Below are positions 1 through 15,400 of a stretch of 64,000 nucleotides of DNA, in pieces. The translations under genes were made by a program, and so were the position numbers. The notes beneath the pieces are model-generated. The model had not been told where the DNA came from. It ran no database searches and saw only the letters and a program-made list of their open reading frames with translations. Within the stretch, counting starts at the first letter, position 1. Each line of letters starts with the position of its first letter. This stretch comes from Callorhinchus milii (Eukaryota), in contig NW_024704755.1 in NCBI RefSeq assembly GCF_018977255.1, positions 7,812,001 to 7,876,000 of the forward strand, read 5' to 3'.

Positions 1-471
1 AAGAATCAGAATTTGTAGGAAACTATAGTGGGTTTTGTGGAGTGTTATTTTACCGGGTAGTTAAACAGTTAAGTGCTAGTATTTGTGATTTATACAATTT
101 AAGTGAGATTTTTATACACCAGCACTTTTACTGTACAATACTTACAGGAGCAAAATACTAATGCCCAATAAACCGCAAGTCTGTAGCTGAAATTTTACAA
201 TGAACAAGAAGCTGCTATCTCATGAGAAAGGACCAGCCAGATATTATCTCTTGTACACCAAATAGATTTCATACTTCATGTATCTTGATAAATAGCTGTC
301 ACATGGTGGTAATCACTGTTCACAAATATTATTTAATAGTTGATGATATAGGAACAGTACATACTCTTCAAATAAACATATTTGTTGCAGCTTGTGAGCT
401 ACAAGCAAATAGATACTCAGTAAACAAGTTCTCAAAGAAGTAAAAAAAACAATAAGTCAGAATCACCTCAC

Positions 472-3400
472 CTCAAATAAACCAGGACAAGGATGAGGTT
501 TACTTGCAAGATTTTCCTCCTCCAAAACGCTGCACTCGCTAGCATCGCTGTATGTTGCTTCCTCGTAACTCAGTGATCGTAAGGTGCACCGCCTATCTTC
601 AAACTCAGCTGTGCTGCTCTCACTTGTGTCACTGCAAACGCTGTTTTCCCGGCTGCGTGACTTTAGAATAGATTTACGAGGAAAGTATTCTCCATTTACA
701 ACGTCGACAAACATTCTACAGGAAAACAATGCAATTGTCAGCAACTGAGAATCATTGAAGCTGCATAACTTATTTAGATTAACTGATTTTAAAGCATTGT
801 GAAAAAAAAGCGATGTTTAGAAAAGGTAGCTGACTAGAAATACCGATAAATATCTGTAGGCGATTTGATATTTGCCAGTTCCGGATTTGAGTTTCCATTG
901 CCATTGCTATCGCTGTTTCTCCTCTTACGTTTGGCCTCTTCCTTCTTCTCACTGAATTTCAGGGTTGTGTTCCTGCCTGTGTTTATCCTTACCTGAAAAT
1001 ATCAATTTCCAAAGACATATTGAGAAACAAATAATCTAAGTGTTCAGCATCAACAAAGCATACTGCAGCTTATTAAGTGGAAAGCTATTACAAACAGAAC
1101 CTCCGGGTAAAATGTTAACCTTTCATCTCTTTGCTCAGAACAGTACATGGAATATTTCTGAATATCTCAGTTGCTATGTCGATTATTAAGGAAGGAAAAT
1201 GTATAAATGTACTCTGAATTACAATTTTTTAAAGCAAATTCCTCACAGCATTCAATTACTTAAATCAATGGAGTTAGGACATTACAAGCACCATTAGCAC
1301 AAAATAGTTTTTCTGCTCTTTTTTCCCCCAACTACTGGAGTAAGGTCACATGGCTAAATTAAACTACTGAAAAATACCAAAGGAGATTATTATAGTTAAA
1401 CAGTAACAATAAATATATGAACTAATCCAGATTCAATCTGAATTAACATCATACGTTATTAAAAACTGAAGCGGCATCAGCTTTTATTTAATTCCAGCAG
1501 TATAATCTGAATTTTCAAAATTTAGGAAATGGAAAAAAGCTTTTGATCAGAATCTACAGTTTTCAACAATGAACTTGAAAGCTTTTTTTCTATAAAACAA
1601 AACCTGTCCTAAATTAGAACCAAAAGATCATTGGGTGGATATTTATTCTTAATAACTGAATAAATATCCAAATGCGAACGCAAATGGTTCCTTCAGTATT
1701 GTTGGTAGTGCTCAAGGAACCATTTCTAAATATTTTATTAAATAACATTAAATTAATGGCACCCAATATGGCAATGTCATGTATATACAGAATTCTACTC
1801 AGCCCCATCCACTGAAATTAAGTGCCAAAATCAAGCTTTCTGTGCAACGTTATTTTATTGTTAAGTAATACTGTTCCAGATTCCAGCAGTACAAACAGGG
1901 TGTAATACTTGTAGAGAAGAATATTTGGAGAAAATAAAAATGACAAATTATAAATACTTACCCTTTTGGGTTCCATCGTATGTGTAAAGTGTATTGTTGG
2001 CACATCATCATCATCCCCAGTGGCTTCATTGACATTTGCCTCCTGACTGAGTCTGTGTTCTAAGCCATTATCCTGGGTGGGAAGCAAACTTAGCGTTGCA
2101 GTTTCTTCTTGATCAGTATTTTCATGTTTAATTGGAAGATTGTTCATATTACGTACACCATCCATCTTGGGCTTTACAATTTTCATCTGTTCGTCCTCAG
2201 AAGAGCTATTGTCTCCATTATTTCCATCAGCTGCATCAGACCTTCTGATTCAAAAATTAAAGATCACAATGCTATTAACTTGCTTGTCTTGTTGAGTTTT
2301 CCCTCAAGCCAATCGTTTCTAAGAATGTAGCTACAAGAATTATTCAGTTAACCTTGGCTCCAGGTATAGTTGAACCATCTCTGAGAGTCAAATGTACAAG
2401 TAGTTCAAAGTAACATCATAATCAGACGTCAATGCAATAAGTCTGGAGCTGTTTTACTTGTGTGCCATTGAAATAAATATAATTATAATACAAAGTTTCT
2501 GGCCTTCAATCTATAGCAGTCTAGACTAATCAGCAAAAGACCTGTTATCAACTAAAGGGAAACAATTTGTTTTCCACTTTACAAACTAGAGTGAAAATGT
2601 GCCCATTTCAAATCAAAATTGGGAAGAAACCAAAAATTCCAACTTCTTTTTGTCTTCATTGTGAATACAATAGATGCACAAACAAATTGTACATTTTTAT
2701 AGCAATGTCAGCATCAACAATACAGTAATGTGCATTATAAGCATGAAGTGCTATTCAACCTGTTCACTGGCTTTTTTTAAACTGCAATATTAAACACTGT
2801 ATGCTCTTTGTTTTCTGTATCAAGCTAATACAAGTTAATGTATAAACTTAAATACAATACAAGTTTCTATTTAAATAAAAAAATTTAAATACAATAAATT
2901 TAATACAAGTTTCAGTTAATGTATCCAACAGGAGCTTGTGTGCAATTGTTTTATCTCTATTCATTGTGGTTATTTTGAATTATCCGGAAATTATTCCATG
3001 TTGTGGAGCAATTTTATTGGCAATTTCAATTCAAAGCCCAAACCAAGCAGGAACGGGCAATTCACATTTTTCAAAATATTCAAGTTGATCTACAGTACAT
3101 TTAAAAAATATGTAGAAAAGTAATTTTAATTGTAATATCTGATCTTTCAATCTTGTGGAAATTTCGGTAGCAGCTAATTAAACATAGTTGTTAACATTTG
3201 CATTTGACGAATTAAGCAGTAGGGTACCTCAATAGGAAAACAGATGTAAACTTGCATATGAATAAATATGTACTCAAATTGTATATTTTTTGATCAATAA
3301 TTACTGACTGATCAGCTATACAGGGAAAATTTGAGTTTACATTGGCTTCCGCATAAATTATATGGATTTGAAAATGAAATCAGAACTGAAATCTCATTCA

Positions 3401-6400
3401 AGCTTTGAAAATACCTTAATTGACAATTTGACATTGCCAGCTCAAAATTATTTTGGAGGGATGGGATGGAAAATGTCAGAAAGTAATAAAGATTTGACAA
3501 GTTGGTTCTACTTTGATTACAAAGTCTTGTAAACGTATACCTACAGTAAACATAGACCAACAGATAAATGTCAGTTAAAAGGCTGTAATTCAATCAAGGC
3601 ATTCAGATGACTTCATAAACCACAACAGCAAAAGCTCAAGTGATTTGTGATCTGAAATCTGAACCCATTGATATGATTAAAACCTTTAATTCATCCCTTA
3701 GTATGTTACTTAGTATAGTGTATGCCTTTTTTTAAAAAAAAGCAAGTTTCTTTACTGGTGGCCCTTGGGGTAGTGAATTGTGGTTGATGGCAGTGACAGC
3801 ACAACAAATCCGATATTCATCTGCTGAAGAATAGCTGTATCGTGTGATGGCTTTAGTGGTATTGCAATTTCTCTGGAATGTTACATGCTATTCAATATAT
3901 ACATATCAAATTATAATGCATTGAACTCAAATGTGCAGTTGGTTTCGACACTTTTAAAAATACAACTTTGAAAAAGTTGAGCATTTCTTCAATTACCGAT
4001 CCATGAATTGATGTCCACAATTCCCTACTCACTGAGTTACCAATATACAGAGTGACTCAGGATTTCACTTTGAGGAGATCAAACCTCATACACCTCTTAG
4101 TGGCAAAAGCCTCAGAGCATTTAGTGCATGGTATGGGAGACTCAATTGCTGAAGGGAAGAGAAATTATATTTACTGTGGGTCCTTTGGAATACGCCTGTT
4201 TTAGTGGAACTCAAAACCTAAACCCACTCACATTATATTACCTAAGCATGTGATTTTCCTAACTTTATTCCAAACAGTGGCTTTTAAAAGCACTGCTGCT
4301 AAAATCAGTTAATGAAACTACTTGGATCCAAACTTATAGAACCAATAGGGACCATTTCAAGTCCTTCACAACTATGATAAAACAAGCTCAAGCAGACTAA
4401 AAAAGAAACTCAATGGGGAAAACTGGATGTGCAGTGAATTCTTCCTTGGGGTCTCAATTCAAATCCAACCTAGTGTGAAATAATAGAAGTTTCTGTAATT
4501 ATTGTGAAAGAGTTACACTGTCCCTGGCTGCAGAAGGTAGAAAAGTGTTCATTCTCTCGGACAGATATTCCTTACCTTCATAAGTACAAAAAGCTTTCAC
4601 AACTTAAACACTTCCACAATACCTCCTTTGTACAAGGCATTTTCATCAGTGTCCCAGGAGAACTTAAATATATACCAAAAGCCCTGGGAGATTGACCTAC
4701 AATGACAAGGAATTTGAGGAGCGGTGGGAGGAGGATTAAGTTCAGAAGCTGGCATATACAGTTGTAACATTTAATAAAATGAAATGATGACAATTTTTTA
4801 AAAAACACTGAAATTACCTCATCTTTATTTCACTCAATAGGCAGAAATTTAGCGCACTAACATGTGGCCTGACAGTGCTCAATGAGATTAATTCATAGAT
4901 AGGGAAGCATACAGCAGTCATCGTAGAGATAGCCTTGAATGGTATGTCTATCATTGAAGTTTAGATCAATTGTAGAAAAAAAGTTAGTTAATTCAAAAGA
5001 CCTTACTGTTTGTGTGATAGTATTTCAACCATTGACATTTACCTATCAATTTCATCCTGAATCTTCTCCTGTCTTTCCAGTTCATCCAGCCTGGCCCACA
5101 ATTCCCCTTCAGTAAGCACAGTTGTTTTTGACTTGCAATCATCTCTACTGTCTTCCAGTTCTGCTACAAAAATATCTTTGGGCATAAGGTTTGCTGTTGG
5201 CTTATGAGCCTTTCTGCATTTTCCTGGAATGTCAAATTTTAAAAACACAACGGGTCGATTATAATTCAATTTTTCAACATGTCAAATACTTAATCTTTTT
5301 CGTTTCCAATTTGGAAAATAATGTTTTCTCACTGTAACAATGAGCAAACAGTTCATTTTAGACATGATAAATGCTTCAGCAATTTTCAAACCTAAAATGT
5401 TAACTCTTAACTCTTTGAAATCAGAGTTCAAATGATCTTTTAAAAACTGAATTATGTGGGGGGGAAATAAACACACAAGAAGGAAGAAGTAATTTTGTCT
5501 GACCAATTGTTCAAAATAGGTTACAGATTGCTAGTTTAAAGTATTTGGTTTTGGGGAGAGTATAATTATTATTTATAATTGCAGTTATTTATAGCCGAAA
5601 TAATAATAAAAAGAATCATTTTATGCAACACTGAAAAGATATATATTTCGAACTGGAAACATTGTTAAATTATTGACTGAATGGTCTTTATTTCCTTCAA
5701 AATCCGAAGTCTGAAGAACTTCCAATACTTTCAATGTGAATTTAGGGTCTAATACAAAAATAAATGCTTTAATAAAGGCCCCAAAACACTAAAATGCACT
5801 TTAATGTTGAGATGGCTACACTATTCAATACAAAATAGTCATCGATCCTAATTATCTTCAGCCATGTGATTGCAAGCACGAGATTAAAGCAATTAATAAG
5901 CAAAACTCAACCTGAACATAAAATATAAAATCAGGATATGCATTACCTTCCCTCCCTCTTGGGGGACTTGTCACCTTAGTTGTGGTTCAGAGTTCAAATT
6001 GATAATAATTGTTTTTATTTTAAAATTAAATTTAAAAATTAATATGAGAACTACATATCTCTTTCAATAGATATGGGTTTATGCAGTTTAAAATAAACAG
6101 AACAGAAAACAGATTTTCAATACCTGCTGAACTTGGGTCTTCATGTTTGAGATCTTCATTCTGAATTTCCTCATGTATTTCTACAATATCTTTCCTTTCC
6201 TATATTTGAAAATAAATAGTATTTAATAAGTTTTAAATAAGTCAGTTTCTTTGGCAGCAGTTTGATAACCATCCACAAAATGTCACCCACAAAATATACA
6301 GTCAAGCTACCTTACAGTATATCCTGTGAAGTGCCTTGAGACGTCTTGACGACATAATCAAATATATAGTCTTGACGACTATATCAAATATAAAGATTAT

Positions 6401-9400
6401 TATTATCATCATCATCCACCTCCATAATGCTGGAGTCACCTTTACAGGGGAGCTCATGACATATTGTACTCAGCAATTACAAGAAAAGGTTGCAGGCTCT
6501 CTGATTAAATGGAAGAAAAAAGAAAAAAAATGAAGACTAGACAGGAATATATGTAGAAAACAAGCATAGTTTTAAAACTTTCTAAACACCAGATCATAAG
6601 ATATGGAAGATAATTATGGACAAATAATAAAACTACATTAAAAAAATGTCCCATTAACCTTCAAGTAAATTCATTTGTAGTGCAATGTTTGCACTTATTT
6701 TGATTATATTAAAGCTTCAACATAAGATCCTTGAAAAATAAAAGGACAATAAACTACAGCATTCCTAAAAGTGCCAAGTACTAGTTTCAAATCAATCTGT
6801 CCCATTTGTGAATATTTTCCACCACACCAAACAGAACGTAAGGGAGCAAGAATCACAAAAGGTCTTTCAGCTTTAACAGTAAATCTATGTTAGCTGAGCC
6901 TAATAAAATTGTAATAACTGCACATGAAAATTACCACATACATCAGCCACATTCTGGAGATCTTCAGTGAACTTGACCCTAGATTCAAAGTTCTTCACTA
7001 CTTTCTGCAAATCATCTAGTGCTTTTTGCACATCTAAAAGGAACAACATTGATTTAGCAATATAAAGAAATCCATCAAAATATACATATTACATTAACTA
7101 AGAGAAAATTAATAGTTTAAATGTATAGCAAATTTAAAATAAGGTAATCCTGAAGAGACAAGCAACAGTGATTTATGAGAAATGTTACCCAAGCAAAACG
7201 AATGACACCTAAGTTGTAGACCCACATCCTACTAATTCTACATTCTCACAGGGATTTTTTATTACACACACTTTATTAATCTAATATGAGATCACTGCCT
7301 CTTAAAAGGCAGAGCATCACAAACTATAATTTCAGATGATGGGAGGGAGGATAAAAGAAGGATATTATTCAATGAACAACTTTATACCCACATGTTTTCA
7401 AATAGTTGATGTTCTTATTTGGCACTTCAATGTTACAGGGGGTCTGAGGTGGTCTAAGTCATCCATGAGAAGGCTTAAACACCTTGCCAGAAGTGCCTAC
7501 CCAGTCTTACATCTGAAGAATTACTTGTGAAACTATACCCTTGCTTTCAGAAGAGGAATATAAAACTGGACTATTTGAAACACTACTCCTGCAAAACAGC
7601 ACAACTGAAACGGAACTTACTAATTCTCATACAAGAACTCACAACATTCAAAATGACCCAAGATCAAATACAGGTACTATGAAAATTGGTTGTTCATGGG
7701 AGCTATGTAAATGCAATACATCTCGACAATGAGAAAATGATACTGATAACAAATATCCATACATTATGCAGAGAATGAGAAGGTAGACATATAATGAGAT
7801 GAAGCAATGTGCCTTTTAAGCTTCCTGAAAACCTTGCCAGCATCTTGGGATTATTACACCTAATGTATGGAGAATAGAGAATGAGGGATGATTTTTGAAT
7901 AGAGAATGAAGGATGATTTAGAAGCAAAAATACATTTTGGTGGATGATATTGCATTTCTTAAATTCATTCATCAAAATTATGGTCTACCTGCTATACATC
8001 ATTGCTCATTGTAATATCTGTAATACCCATAGTATAATTAGCAAGAAAACCTAATATAGGAATGGTAATCAAAGTATGTAACAGGATAATAAAGGTTATG
8101 TTATTTAAACAGGGGAGAATCTAATTCCCACTTTTCACCCCCAGAGAAGAAACTCCTAGTGCACTAAAGGAAAATAAGATTTCATTAACAAGCAGGAAAT
8201 TGAAAATGCATGCATTAAAATGACTGCATAAACAAAGGGAAATGATGGTGTAAACAATTCATAAAATTATAAAGCCTTGAAGTTTGATCTAGATCAAATT
8301 TCTGCAACAATTAGGCATTTTACACAGCAGCAAATTGGTATGGTTGCCATAGCAAGGCTAAGCCCTGAAGCCATATATCTTTGATTCTGGAAAGGTCAGA
8401 CTTAGACAGCCTAATAACTCAAGAACTGTTTGACAGATTTCAACCAAGCATGGTCAAATAATAATATAAAACCATGTCTGTGGTTGTTAAATGCTGGAGG
8501 TCGGCAAAAAGGTTAAGGTTATGGAATGTTTTTGCTTAACTCAGAAAGATAATATGAATAATTATGTCTGGATCTAAAGCACAATTTAGGTGAGAGGTTA
8601 AGGTGCAGCATTTTTCAATAACTTTAATAAATGTTAAGCAGCCAGCCAAATCACTGACATGATACACTATATTAAAGTGAATCTGAAAGTGAACAAACAT
8701 TACACAAAGACAATGGACTAAACAAATCCCATTTAAAAGATACAAGTATAAATAGAGCGTGCACTAGTTGGGCCGACTAGCCCGTTTCTGTGCTGTAATG
8801 TTCTATGTAATTCTATGTAAAGTAAGCTCTTCCAATAGCTCAATAATTCATCCAGTGAGAATTTGGTTCATGCAGACCAGTAATGTTGCAGATGCAATTC
8901 TGATCTGCAATTAATTAGATGATTTCAGTCAAGTCGTCGGGATACTTCATAGGATAGGTTAGTGTAGTGACTGCTTTCGCAAGCAATCTCAACAACAACA
9001 ACAACAAAATGACATTTATAGAGCGCTTTTCACGTCGGGAGGACACTCCAAAGCACTGGACAGTCAGGTGTCGGGGCCCGAGCATGGGGGAGGGGTGGTA
9101 TAGGGGTGAGGGAAGGCAAAGAGGTGGGAAGGCGACCAAAGGCACGGTCGAAGAGAAGGGTTTTGAGGCTGGCCTTGAAGGAGGCAAGGGAGGAAGCGAG
9201 GCAAAGGGACCATGGGATGGAGTTCCAGAGTGTGGGGGCAGATTGGCTGAAAGCCCGGCCACCGATGGTAGGGCAGGTCGGGTGGGAGATGTGGAGCAGG
9301 CCGAAGCCCGCTGAATGAAGGGAGCAGGTAGGTTGGTAGGGAGTAAGCAGGTCAGAGAGGTAGGAGGGGGTAAGGCCACAGATGGCCTTAAAGGTGAGGA

Positions 9401-12400
9401 CGAGGATCTTGAACTCGATCCTCTGGGGGATGGGGAGCCAGTGGAGTCGGACGAGGGTGGGAGTGATGGGGTCACGGAGCCTGGCGCGTGAGAGTACACG
9501 AGCTGCGGAGTTATGGATGACTCATCAGCACCTTACACAAGCAAGGTCCTAAACAACCATGAAGCAAATTTTCAATTTAGGACAGGCACTGGTGTCAGAA
9601 TTAAATAATGTCAATACAAATGTTAAGCTTCCACTCAGTTGCATTATTTACTTTTAAAGCAGCTCAATGTGGATTTATTCCCTATGCACAGATTCACAGC
9701 AGTTTCCTCGAAAAACAGTTTTCTTTTAATGTGCTCAGCTCAGTTTTCCATGAGCGAAACATGTCTCAAGCATTGTTCCAAAACAACTCATCAATGAAAT
9801 CAATTATTTGTCAACAGACTGAACAAAACCATTCTCTGTGCAAAGTGTGAAACTACAAGCACTTCACTTCTCCAGATAATGAATATGAAAGTTATATTTA
9901 ATCAAATACAATTACTATTGTTGCCATATTTTACAAAACAAACACTGGTCAAAACATTTAAGCAATCATTGTCTATAAACTGAGGGACAGCAAGTTTTTG
10001 CCCACATTAATTCAATCAATTCATTGAGGTAATCAAGTAACTGATTTTATGATAGCACTTGGTACAATAACAAAACCTTCATCACAGATGGCATATAAAA
10101 ATAAACTGGTGAATGTCAGGTGAGAAATGGAAAGAATCCCTTGACGAAGTCTGAAACGAGATCACACCCATGATTTTTTTTGCTCCAATTTTTGATCTAC
10201 AGTGATGTGCAGACAATGTGAAACAAGGTAAAAATAGATAATTGCACAGCTTATATAAAAAAGACAATTTAAAAATACATTTAGAAAAATAATTATTTTT
10301 AATACACATTAAATTCAAGCTGAAAAGGGACGTAGGTATACAGGACTAACTTACGCTTTTTCCTGTGCTCTACCAGATCGGAAGCTTGCTTTGCAGAACA
10401 CTTTGCAAACCAGTTGTCACCCAGTAACACAGTGACTTCATTTGTATGCACTAGCTGTCCAGGCATAAATGCAAGTGGACCAAATGGCACCTATCATAAA
10501 AACAAATTAAAACATTTACATCAGGAATTCTATGCTCTGTATACATTTAATTACATTTTGAAAAAATGCACATTTTTTTTACTAGGCTGCAATATGAATA
10601 CTTAATTACAGTAATAATCTGCTTAAAAGAGTCCCATTTTGGTTAATATATCTACCCCTCCCATATCTGGCCAGGTAGAAAAAACAAACCTTTTTAGTAC
10701 CTAGGTTGAAATGTCTCAAATTGCTTCATAAGAATTTACTGTTGAGTATATTTTTGTAGGCAAACACTATAACCGGTGAGGTGAATAACTAATTTACCCA
10801 GATGATTGTTGGCCAGGACAACAGGAAAACCTCCCCTGTCTTTTCAAACAAAGCCGTGGAATATTTAATGTCTATTTGAAAACATGAATGGAACCTCAGT
10901 TTAATAACTCCCAAAACAATATATATTTAAAGAGCGCCTTTCACGTCAGGAGGACATCTTATAGTGCAATGAAAGGCTTAAACCCACTACTTTCCAACTC
11001 AAAATGCTACCAACTAAACCAGCTGACACCTAACCACTTTCATCCTCATATTCAGAATACAAATGCTTGTCATCTTATGGGTGATTCTTCCCTCAAGCCT
11101 GGACTCCATCCACACTGAAACAACCATTCCTGTTTTTCTCTATTTTATCTCCATTACAAAGGTCATTGTTTCTTTGAACTTTTTTTTGTCCGTTCCAAAT
11201 TTCATTTGTGGGGTTACCAATGTTTTTGTTAAACAAATGAATATATAAATAAACAATGTCATAGCATATTTTCAGTCCTGGCAGTTTTCTTAGAGATAGG
11301 AGTTGATTGTGATCTAATTAAATGAGTTTCAGTTTCAATGGTAACTTTTTAACCCCTCTGAACATCTGAAACCAACCTCAGTTAAACTAATGAAACCAAA
11401 ATACCATCAAGTGTTTTAGTTTAATATCCAAAAGTGTCATGTCAATAAAAATTAAGACAGAAGTTGGCAGCTAGAAAGTGACATTATATTTAAATTGTTA
11501 ATAACCAAATAAATGCAATTAAAAACATTTGCACAGAATTCTACACTGTGTGAAACAGTTCAAAATTAAATGCTTAAAAATAACTAATAAAAAATGACAT
11601 TCACTTAAAAGGATGAATGACACTAATACTTTCCTGATCCTGCAAAATAAGGTGGGAGAGAAATGTGCTTTTATTGGAAATATTAGAGCTAGTTGGAGCC
11701 TACTCAACAGTGCCAATATATTAAAACGAATGAGCCACTGTCTGTATTTTGACTTTGTCATAGCTCCATCAATATGTTCGCCAAAAGCTATGAATCAGAC
11801 ATCCTCCAAGATAAAATTCATGGTGGGAGTTTGTAAGACACTGTGTAATCTATATACTCAGTTCCCAGAAACCTAAAAGCTGTTAAGGAAAGTCTGACCA
11901 TATCCGCAAAACTAATAGATTAGCTAGCACACATTCCTGGAGAGGTAACCCTAATATTCTTCAGAGTTTTCAGAAAAAAAGGCATTTCTTCTTGATCTAA
12001 AGATGAAGCCATTATTGTCTCTGAACAAAAGAAGTTCATCTCAGTAACCAATGAGGCATGAGTCAACCGAATTATGGCTTCAATCAGGGATAAAAGTATT
12101 GCTGATTTCTCATTCAATTTGGAGTATCATGTAGACGATTCTAAGCTTTTCAGATTGCTTGTGAGCAACTGTGATGAAGGAAATATAAGGTAGTTTGGCC
12201 ATATTCTGCAATATTATGCACCTACACCTATTATGCATGCAATTACAAGGGCACGTAATTGATAATTCCCTGGAGTGTAACTTACTCACATAAAGAAAGG
12301 CCATTTAGGCAAAGCACCAGAGGGAACCTGTGGAACCAAACTGCCAGCATGTCATCCTTTAGGAAAGGTAGGTAAAATATTTGCACATAGAAACACTCAA

Positions 12401-15400
12401 GCCTCTTCAACACAACGTCATAAGCTGCAGGAAACTCGTATTGTATAATTTCTCAAATCTACCAATGGGAGGAGGGGAAGAAATAAAAAAAATGACAAAA
12501 TTCATACTCACCATAACATCATAGGACAGTTTGTCAGGCAAAGTCTTTAGTCTTTCTTGAAGTGCTTCATAGTCACTCTGCACCTTATTCCTAAGCGGTG
12601 AACAGTTAGTTAAATGTTGGCGATTTTATTTTTAATTGTTCAAACATTTCACAAAATGCATACAAATAAATAATTTTAACAATGTAATCTCTGTATTATT
12701 TGCTTTCAAGAAACACTCAACACTTGCCATTCAATGATAAGACCCAACGAACTAATGTGTTGGTTCATCTGCTTTATAGAATGTAACTATATACTTAAAT
12801 ATATACTCATACTACCTTCACAGAACCTTGAGAGTCTAGGCAACTATTCTAACTTAGTCAACACTGTTATGATGGGATAAACATCTACCGAATGCTCTGC
12901 CACTCAGAAAAGCAAAAAACAATAAAATTCCATTAAAGAATTTACAAGAGCACTCTAGCAATCAAACAGATTGCATTTTAGAAATTAATCAAATTACAAT
13001 TTCAACTTACTATCACTGTCAAAAATCAATTCATAAAAATTAGTTTTTAATTTATGGTTGACAGTGATGATACTGGCCTCACACAACTGACTGCAATCTG
13101 GGAACAAAGGAAGCGATACCAAAAAAAACATCATAGGTTGCAGGCGGTTATCTGTTAAGTGGAAGAGATGATATTTTTCCTGCCACATATTAAATGATGG
13201 ATGTATATAGGGAAATAAACAATGATTATGAAATTTCAGTCGAAAAAAAACTTATAACGGAAGGGAAAGGTTTGATTGTAATCCAGGCTCCTGTACTTGC
13301 TTTGCAGCAATAAGGGCCTACAATATAATTATGATTTGAGCAATAATTTCATTTTATTAAGGGGGGGGGTTATTCCACAAATTATGCTTTCATCAATTCA
13401 CCAAACAAAGATGCTTTGGGGATGATGTTTGCAATATGGCCATTCTTTATTTGTGAAATAGCATGAAGCAGGCTTGATTATTCAGGACTGAGGACTCTAT
13501 AATTGAGATATATCTTATCCTCACCTGATATCCATCCATAACTAGGAACTGGGACATGGACACCGGCTGATTTTCCCCTTTTCCCACTAAACCACTGCCC
13601 CAAATCAAATTTGAAACTGCAACTTGTGGAACATTGATATAAACACTTATGTTCATTTTTGTGTTTTTTAAAAAAGTAATGAAAAGAGACACAAGATTAA
13701 ACACCTTTTTTTCTGAACACAAATGGTTTTGCTGGCTTTACTATTCTCAAAACAAGAAATCAGTCATCAGCAATTACTCCCTTCAGCCCCACTTGCTTGA
13801 AGTCCTCGGTAAAATGAGTTTAGACCAACAAATTCATGCTATTTTGTGCTATTTCTGAGCCCCAAAAGATGGTTACTGTGCAAAGCGGGACACAGACAAC
13901 TAATGCCTCTCGTTTCAGCCTGTTGCTAGAGCACATTGGTAAGATGGAAAATAAATGTACTCAACAACGGGTCACACTAGATCTAGCTTGATAATTATTT
14001 TTCAGTTGAAGGCAAATCATTTGTTTACCATAAAGCCTGCATTACTAATTATCAAATAGAACTAATCATTTTTTCTTCAATAAACTGACAGGAAATAGAA
14101 TTTGATAGAGTAACAATTTGGTACAGTGACCAATTTACGCAAGATTTGTTTTTCAAAATCACTGTTGACTTAGATTAGTTATTCACTTCTTTTTATTGGA
14201 TAAGTGATATCATACAATTTACACAACAGATAAATGTTACCAAAATGTTGCTGCTGAACCTTAAAAACATTATTAATTCTAATATTTAGGATAGGCAGAT
14301 TTACTGGAACATTTGGACTTACCAGTGCTGAATTTTTTCGTTGCAGCTTGAGACTACCTGTTATTAAAATAGACAACTGCTCATGAAAAGCAATGTCGAG
14401 AATTCCAAGTACTGTAAACATGAGTGCAACATACAAAACAATTGTGAAGTAAATTTATCAGAATAACAAAGGCATTTGGAAACAAAGTTACTTTTATATG
14501 GAACAAATTTTGCTTGGTGACATAAAACACTGTATCATACTTGGAAGGCAAAGAAAAAGTCCACATTAAAATCCCCTTTTAACCTCTGTTTGCATCCTTC
14601 ACTTGATTTATAAAAGGGGAGAATGGGAACCTACTAAATCCTCGTTCAATCTATAGATATAAACATCTGTATTCACAGAATCTATCATTTCCTTTACCAA
14701 AATAACATGTTTTTCTTTATATTGCATTTTATAAATCGGTCATGGAAAATATTAAAATACAAACATTTTGTAATCCAAAATATATTCGGAAATCTTCAAG
14801 TTTTGGGGATCAACCAGGTGTCTGATGCATGCAGAAGCCAATTATCATACTTTAAAAATATGTAAACCAGAGAGTTCTATATATGCATGGAAATGCACGG
14901 AAATGCCCATATATTAAGGAAATTGCACTTTCTCTCTTGAATCATCATATAGGGCTAAACATATATCGGACTTCAAACACAAATGAAAGGTCATTTTTGG
15001 ATGAAAAATAAATTCTCACTATGACCTATTTATTAATAAATGTGGTCTTACAGAAGATTGCAGATTCAGAGGACAAACCAATAAAAGTAGTTGAAAACAA
15101 AATAATTACATAATTTATTGCGTTACATAATAGCGTTGCTCGGAATATTTGAATATAGAGGAATCTTGAAATAGACAAAAACAGATAGGTTTATGTATGA
15201 ATCAGAAAAGATTTAATACTATATTGTTCAGCCTTAGCTGGAAATTACTGAAACCAACTGCAATTCTTTTCAAAGCAATGAATATTTACCAACATAAATA
15301 CCTTAAGCAAGATCGTTGAAATCATTCCTACACACTATTGTTGTAAATCTTTGTTGAGGAAACCAAAGATATATGCTTGCAATTTGGTAGGATAAGTACA